DNA from: Intoshia linei
Lineage: Eukaryota; Animalia; Orthonectida
Direction: 5' to 3'
DNA length: 46,617 nucleotides
NCBI GenBank assembly: GCA_001642005.1
Contig: LWCA01000167.1
Location: 1 to 46,617, forward strand
The notes under the pieces are model-generated. The model did no database searches and was not told where the DNA came from. It was given only the letters and a program-made list of their open reading frames with translations. Below are positions 41,732-46,617 of this stretch, in pieces (positions within the stretch are counted from its first letter, which is position 1; each line of letters opens with the position of its first letter). The position numbers were made by a program, and so were the translations under genes.

Positions 41732-44096
41732 ATGTTCAATAGTGGGTATTTTATGTATTGCAAAATTTTCAATGGATTTCTATACAAAAATTTACATTGT
41801 GTCAGATCATTTATTAAGAGTACGAAACTTTTGCCTAGACTTTCAGAAAAACCTCCATTGATTGACGCGTGTATGTTTTTTAAAGAATTTGCCAGTATGT
41901 TTATTTATCAGATTGAGTAGGTTATCATGAAATTATGTATGAAAGTTGGAGACAAGACTTGAAACCACGAGATTATATGTAATTTTTGAAAATAAATAAT
42001 TTGTATTTGTCAGGTATAAATAAAATTGGAGTAATTACATTCTAGTTTAAAGACTACACAACAAACCATATTATCGGATGAAATAATTTCTATGAGAGAT
42101 AGTTATCAAGAAATCCTTATACCTCTAAGTTCAAATTTGCAAGCTAGAACCGAGTATTCTAATCATTTAGGATATTTGAGAAACGGGAAATTACTCGAAG
42201 ATATGGATTTGTTGGCAGGTAACTTTGTTATAAAAAGCCTCAATAAAAAATTGATTCAACTTTATTATTAATAGAAAAATTTAATAAAATTTTTCAAAAA
42301 GTGGTCTAAATTACATTAAAAAAGGTTTTTTGCATTTCATATCTCGAAAAATAAAATATAAAAAAAATTATTATAAAAATTAATTAAATCAAAAAACAAA
42401 TTTAACTGGTCAATGATTGGTGAGGCAGTTTTGGCAACCTTTTTTACTGATAAAGTTTATTTTTTTAATACTTTCCCTGCTATATTATGTAATATAGGAA
42501 TGATATCTATAAAACATTCAAGTTTTCCTCAAAAAAACTTAAAAAATACACTATTCTATGTGGCAACAGCTTGCGTGGACAATATTGGTAATTTTTTATG
42601 TTATACATTTTATAATACCGATAATATAGTATAATGTCCATTTAGAAATAGACAGTATGAACATGTCAACAAATAATGATATTTTAATAAGAGGTCATGT
42701 GACATGGACTGGAAAATCATCAATGGAAGTGAAATTAATTGTGGAAGAAAATGTGAACAATATATGGAAACACAGAGCAATAGCATACTTTGTAATGATT
42801 GCGCGACATGGGTCTAAGGGTAAAGCCTTAATAAATGGTTTAAAAGTGAATTCTAATTTGGAGAAAGAACTGTATAAACTTGGTAGTGAAAATATGATTT
42901 ACCGAAAAAAATTGGATAGTGAATCACTATTCAATATACCTCCCAATGAAAAGGAAATTGATAAATTACACAAAACCTTTATCAATACTCTTTCAAATCC
43001 AACAATTTCATTATCAAATTTGAAAAAATTGAATAATAACCAAGTGTGGATTCATGATACAAACATAAAAAATGTTGTAGTTTGTTACCCTCAAATGCAC
43101 AATATGCATAATAAAGTTTTTGGAGGGTTTCTCATTAAGACTGCTGTTGAACTAGCTTCGCATTGCAGTAGAATATTTAGGTTATTTTCCTTTGCCTTCA
43201 TTTTAGAAAATTGACAATGTCATTTAAAAATATCTATTAACCTAAGTCTCGTTTAGTTCTGATTATCCAAGATTGTTGACAATAAATGATATCCAATTTA
43301 AAAGACCTGTAGATATTGGTTCCATTTTGTATTTGAAGGCGCAGGTAACTTATTTTGTTATTATTCTTCAATATCTGTCAATTTGAAAACTTTTTTGTAC
43401 AAGTGCAATGTAAAAACAAAATGTAATTGGGCTAATCACTGTTTCCATTGATTTTGAATAACTTTTTGGCCCAAATTCGATAAAATGACTATGAAAATTG
43501 ACTCAATTTAAATTTATTCAATATTGACTTTAACTAAATCATAAATGGTCCATATTAGCTGTTTCCTAACTTTAAAACGTATGAACAGTATAAAAATAAA
43601 TTTTTCAGAACTACTGAAAAATTTTTGATTGTTATGTAAATATATTATGTAGAATGTACATTTTTAAGTGGTAATGAATGAATATTCGCTTTTTTATGTG
43701 TCTTGTTGTAAACCTTAAAATGCGTAACCCCTGCGACGAAACACTATTGTGGGTCTTATTTGTACATATTATGTAATCTTATTAACATTTAAACAAAATT
43801 ATTGTATTTGATAAAATCTTAGATAGTATATGTTGTCGATAATTTAATACACGTGAATGTGAATGCATTTATCAAACCATCCTCATTATCCAACGTGGAC
43901 TATAAATTAAAAGATTTGGCAGTAACAAATATATTTAATTTTATATTTGCTACCACTGAACCTTCAACTAAAACAGTTTTGCCTATTTCATATTCTGGTA
44001 ATAATTTATTTACTATATTTATTGAAATGTTTTGTAGAGTATATGATGCAACTAGCTTGTGAAAGAAGACATAATTTATATTTTAATATAAATTAG
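41732..44096 (+). CDS. ACOT9: Acyl-CoA thioesterase 9-like (double hotdog fold, probably mitochondrial)
   Basis: Exons approximately 41732-41870, 41921-41978, 42045-42218, 42498-42588, 42646-43180, 43257-43344, 43823-43997, 44038-44096. Motifs MRDSYQEILIPL, GKLLEDMDLLAG, VATACVDNI, GHVTWTGKSSMEV, HNKVFGGFL, FKRPVDIGSIL, TNIFNFIF, VLPISYSE. Confidence 0.92.
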
Positions 44097-45879
44097 ATAT
44101 TTATTGAATAAGTATCACATTTGTAAAACATTAAAAAATTTAAAAGAGTTTTTTTCGTTGAAATATCTTAAATTGTGGATATACTTCTGGTGTATGTTTT
44201 TCTTTATCTTTGTGAGGTTGTCCCACATCGACTTTTAGTATCCCTCTTCGTTAATAATGAATATCGCGTATAAAAAGGTATATGTTTACGTCTTTTTTTT
44301 GTGTAATTATTGTGTTTTTCTTTATCTTTGTGAAATCTTAGTTTTGGGAATTTTAAAAATATTTATATTATCACTATGCGTCTTATATACTTCATATGCA
44401 GTATATGGAAAATTTACCATACGATTAAAAATAGATGTATACTGGTTCTTACATACTTATACATATACATATAAAAAGTTTCGGTCAGCTTGTCGAAATT
44501 TTGTTAGAGAACATATTGTTTAGTTAATTAATTGTATAGTTTTGTTTATCTGATCAAATTTTGATTAGACATTACAAAAACCAATTAAATAAATTTTAAA
44601 TTCATAAAATTGAATAATGAAACGGACAAAAATTAAAATTTATTTTAAAAATCGAAATTACTTTTGATAACATATTTTTAATAATTACCACATTTTTTAT
44701 ACCAAAAATAATGATATTTGTAAGTTTCATACCATAAGTAACTTTTCACTAAATTGGCAATCAGTTTTACCGGGTTTTAACCTTACATAAAATCACGATT
44801 CTAAAAAAATTCTTTTACAAACATAATGAAATTGGTTGTGTTGAATTTTAGTTAACATTAATAAATTATATTTATTAATATTCCAGAAAAGGTGAATGCA
44901 CTGTGTTTATTTTTAAATTTGACAATTTTGTTTATTTGAATATTCAAATGATGTGATTTTAATGAATGTTTATTTTTTACCAAAACTTAAATGGGAGGGT
45001 TTATTAACATTTTTTGTAGCCAAACACCTGAAAGGGATTTTTCAGAATATTTTTTTACCAAATATTAGGGTGAGGTTTTTACTATTTTGAATTCTGGATT
45101 CATTTTGTGAATTTTATGTATACAAAATACTATTAGTTTTTTTGCGAAATTATTTTACTACAGAAGTGTGACATTGAAAAAAAGCACCGCTTGAACAATG
45201 AATAAATAAATTAATCTTTTTTTAAATTTGTATATGGGTGGGATAAGTTGTATAAATTATATCTGATCGGTCCCACTGTGGTTCTCCAGACCCGACAACC
45301 GAGTATTCCCAATATTATATAAAATATTACAATATATATATAATATATATTACAATACAATATTTGTATGTAAAAAGGGTTTTAATGTCGAAGCTAATTA
45401 AATATTTTACATGTATTTCTATGTTAACTTTATCTTTAACATTAATGTAAGTTACTTTAATATACCATGAATTTATTTTAGAAATTAGAGGGTTTATAAA
45501 CTTATTGATTTTTTTATTTTATTATAATTTTTCCATAATTCTTGGAATAAACGTCAAAACTTTTTTTGAATGAAAAATATAAAAAATTTCTAAATCTACT
45601 TTGAATGTTGGTTACAAAAGTAAAAAATTATTTTTTTTTTTTTAAGTGAAAATAATGCTTTTTCTATGTGCTAAAATTAATTTAACCCTTACGAGACTAT
45701 GCTGATTTTCAAAATTGAAAGCAAAAAATTTCACTTTTGCAATGTTAAAAAACACTAAAATTTAAAGCTTAAAATTCACAAATTTCAAATGTCATTGATT
45801 TGTAAAGTAAACAACTTAAATTTAGCTTAATAATTTATATTGGTACCGCCTTATTTTGGTTTGTATACAAACCAATCTA

Positions 45880-46617
45880 AATTTATGAGTGTAGTTTTTG
45901 GCAGAGGTGGGAACCGATTGATAAAAACCGGTTTTCATTGTGACCCTTCCTACCACACTTGTTGCATAAAGGGTCGATATGCTCCTTATTGCATCTTGAG
46001 TTTCAATTTCCGAATATATAATTTACACATGTCATTTTTGCTGTCTAAATTCTTCACTTTGTTAACATTGTTCAACCCGCGATTTGAATTCCTATAGAAA
46101 TTATTTGATTTATAATTATAATTTCCATTCACATGCTTAAATGCAGTATCGTTGTAATTATTAGCCTTCAACTTTCTTTCTGCCTTGGATGGTTACTGTT
46201 TAATAATTTCTCTAATTTGTTTATGGATGTGGATAGATGTACTATACTGCTATACATATTGAAATTTTCCTTCTTTAAACAATTTAATACAAATTTTATG
46301 GTCAATTCATCAATATTACATTTATCCGTGAATGCAGACTTTACGATTGATTTCACGTGTCTAATGAATCGTTGTGCAGGAAAAAAATAAGATAAATTGG
46401 CAAGTTCTGCGGATTCACAAACCTTTTTTCCTTAATTCCATTTAATTGATTCAATAAAATGAGTAATTCATCGACAGTTTTAGGTATTTCATCATCGATT
46501 ATTAATTTCATAAAATCGGTGTTCAAAGAAAAAATAATTAACATAACCTTCTCTAATTGAGTCCCATTAGTATTTAGAGACCAAAGTTTTACACTTTTAA
46601 GCCATGTTGCGATATCA
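45880..46617 (-). pseudogene. Decayed gag-like ORF of an LTR retrotransposon (runs off the window end)
   Basis: Consecutive frameshifted ORFs (DIATWLKSVKLW..., ...DELTIKFVLNCL..., an N-rich linker) ending in a mutated zinc knuckle CNKCGRKGHNENRF (last Cys codon TGT changed to TTT); no introns. Confidence 0.65.

Noticed and set aside
44130-44523. 21-bp direct repeat (44195-44215, 44313-44333) and possible minus-strand exons (HKDKEKH)
   Set aside because: No phase-consistent gene model could be built; too weak to call.

Overview
Very AT-rich, intron-containing animal DNA with many 37-60 nt GT-AG introns and highly divergent proteins. It looks like a compact parasite genome (orthonectid-like such as Intoshia; this is a guess). 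Genes: a small tail-anchored protein (1696-2306, +); an orphan multi-pass membrane ORF (3165-3770, -); a ~20-exon HYDIN gene (5568-24059, -) lacking both its N-terminal and C-terminal parts; the 5' half of a histidine acid phosphatase (-); the 5' part of a DPF/d4 gene (+); the protease domain of separase (+); U2SURP/SR140 (+); and ACOT9 (+), whose ORF starts only 48 bp after the U2SURP stop. Long introns and intergenic space are filled with transposon debris: a non-autonomous Helitron family (about 9 copies, all on +, body built from diverged ~130-bp modules), hAT MITEs and Buster/Tip100 transposase relics, a pogo-type MITE nested in a foldback element, a Tc1 transposase relic, an LTR-retrotransposon 3' end and a decayed gag. 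Three single-N scaffold joins (25194, 29648, 32132) all lie in or at the edge of Helitron copies and probably explain most gene truncations. The exception is the HYDIN C-terminal truncation: there is no gap there, and its last splice donor is phase-compatible with an acceptor in front of the orphan membrane ORF. All homology calls come from recalled family motifs, not from database searches.
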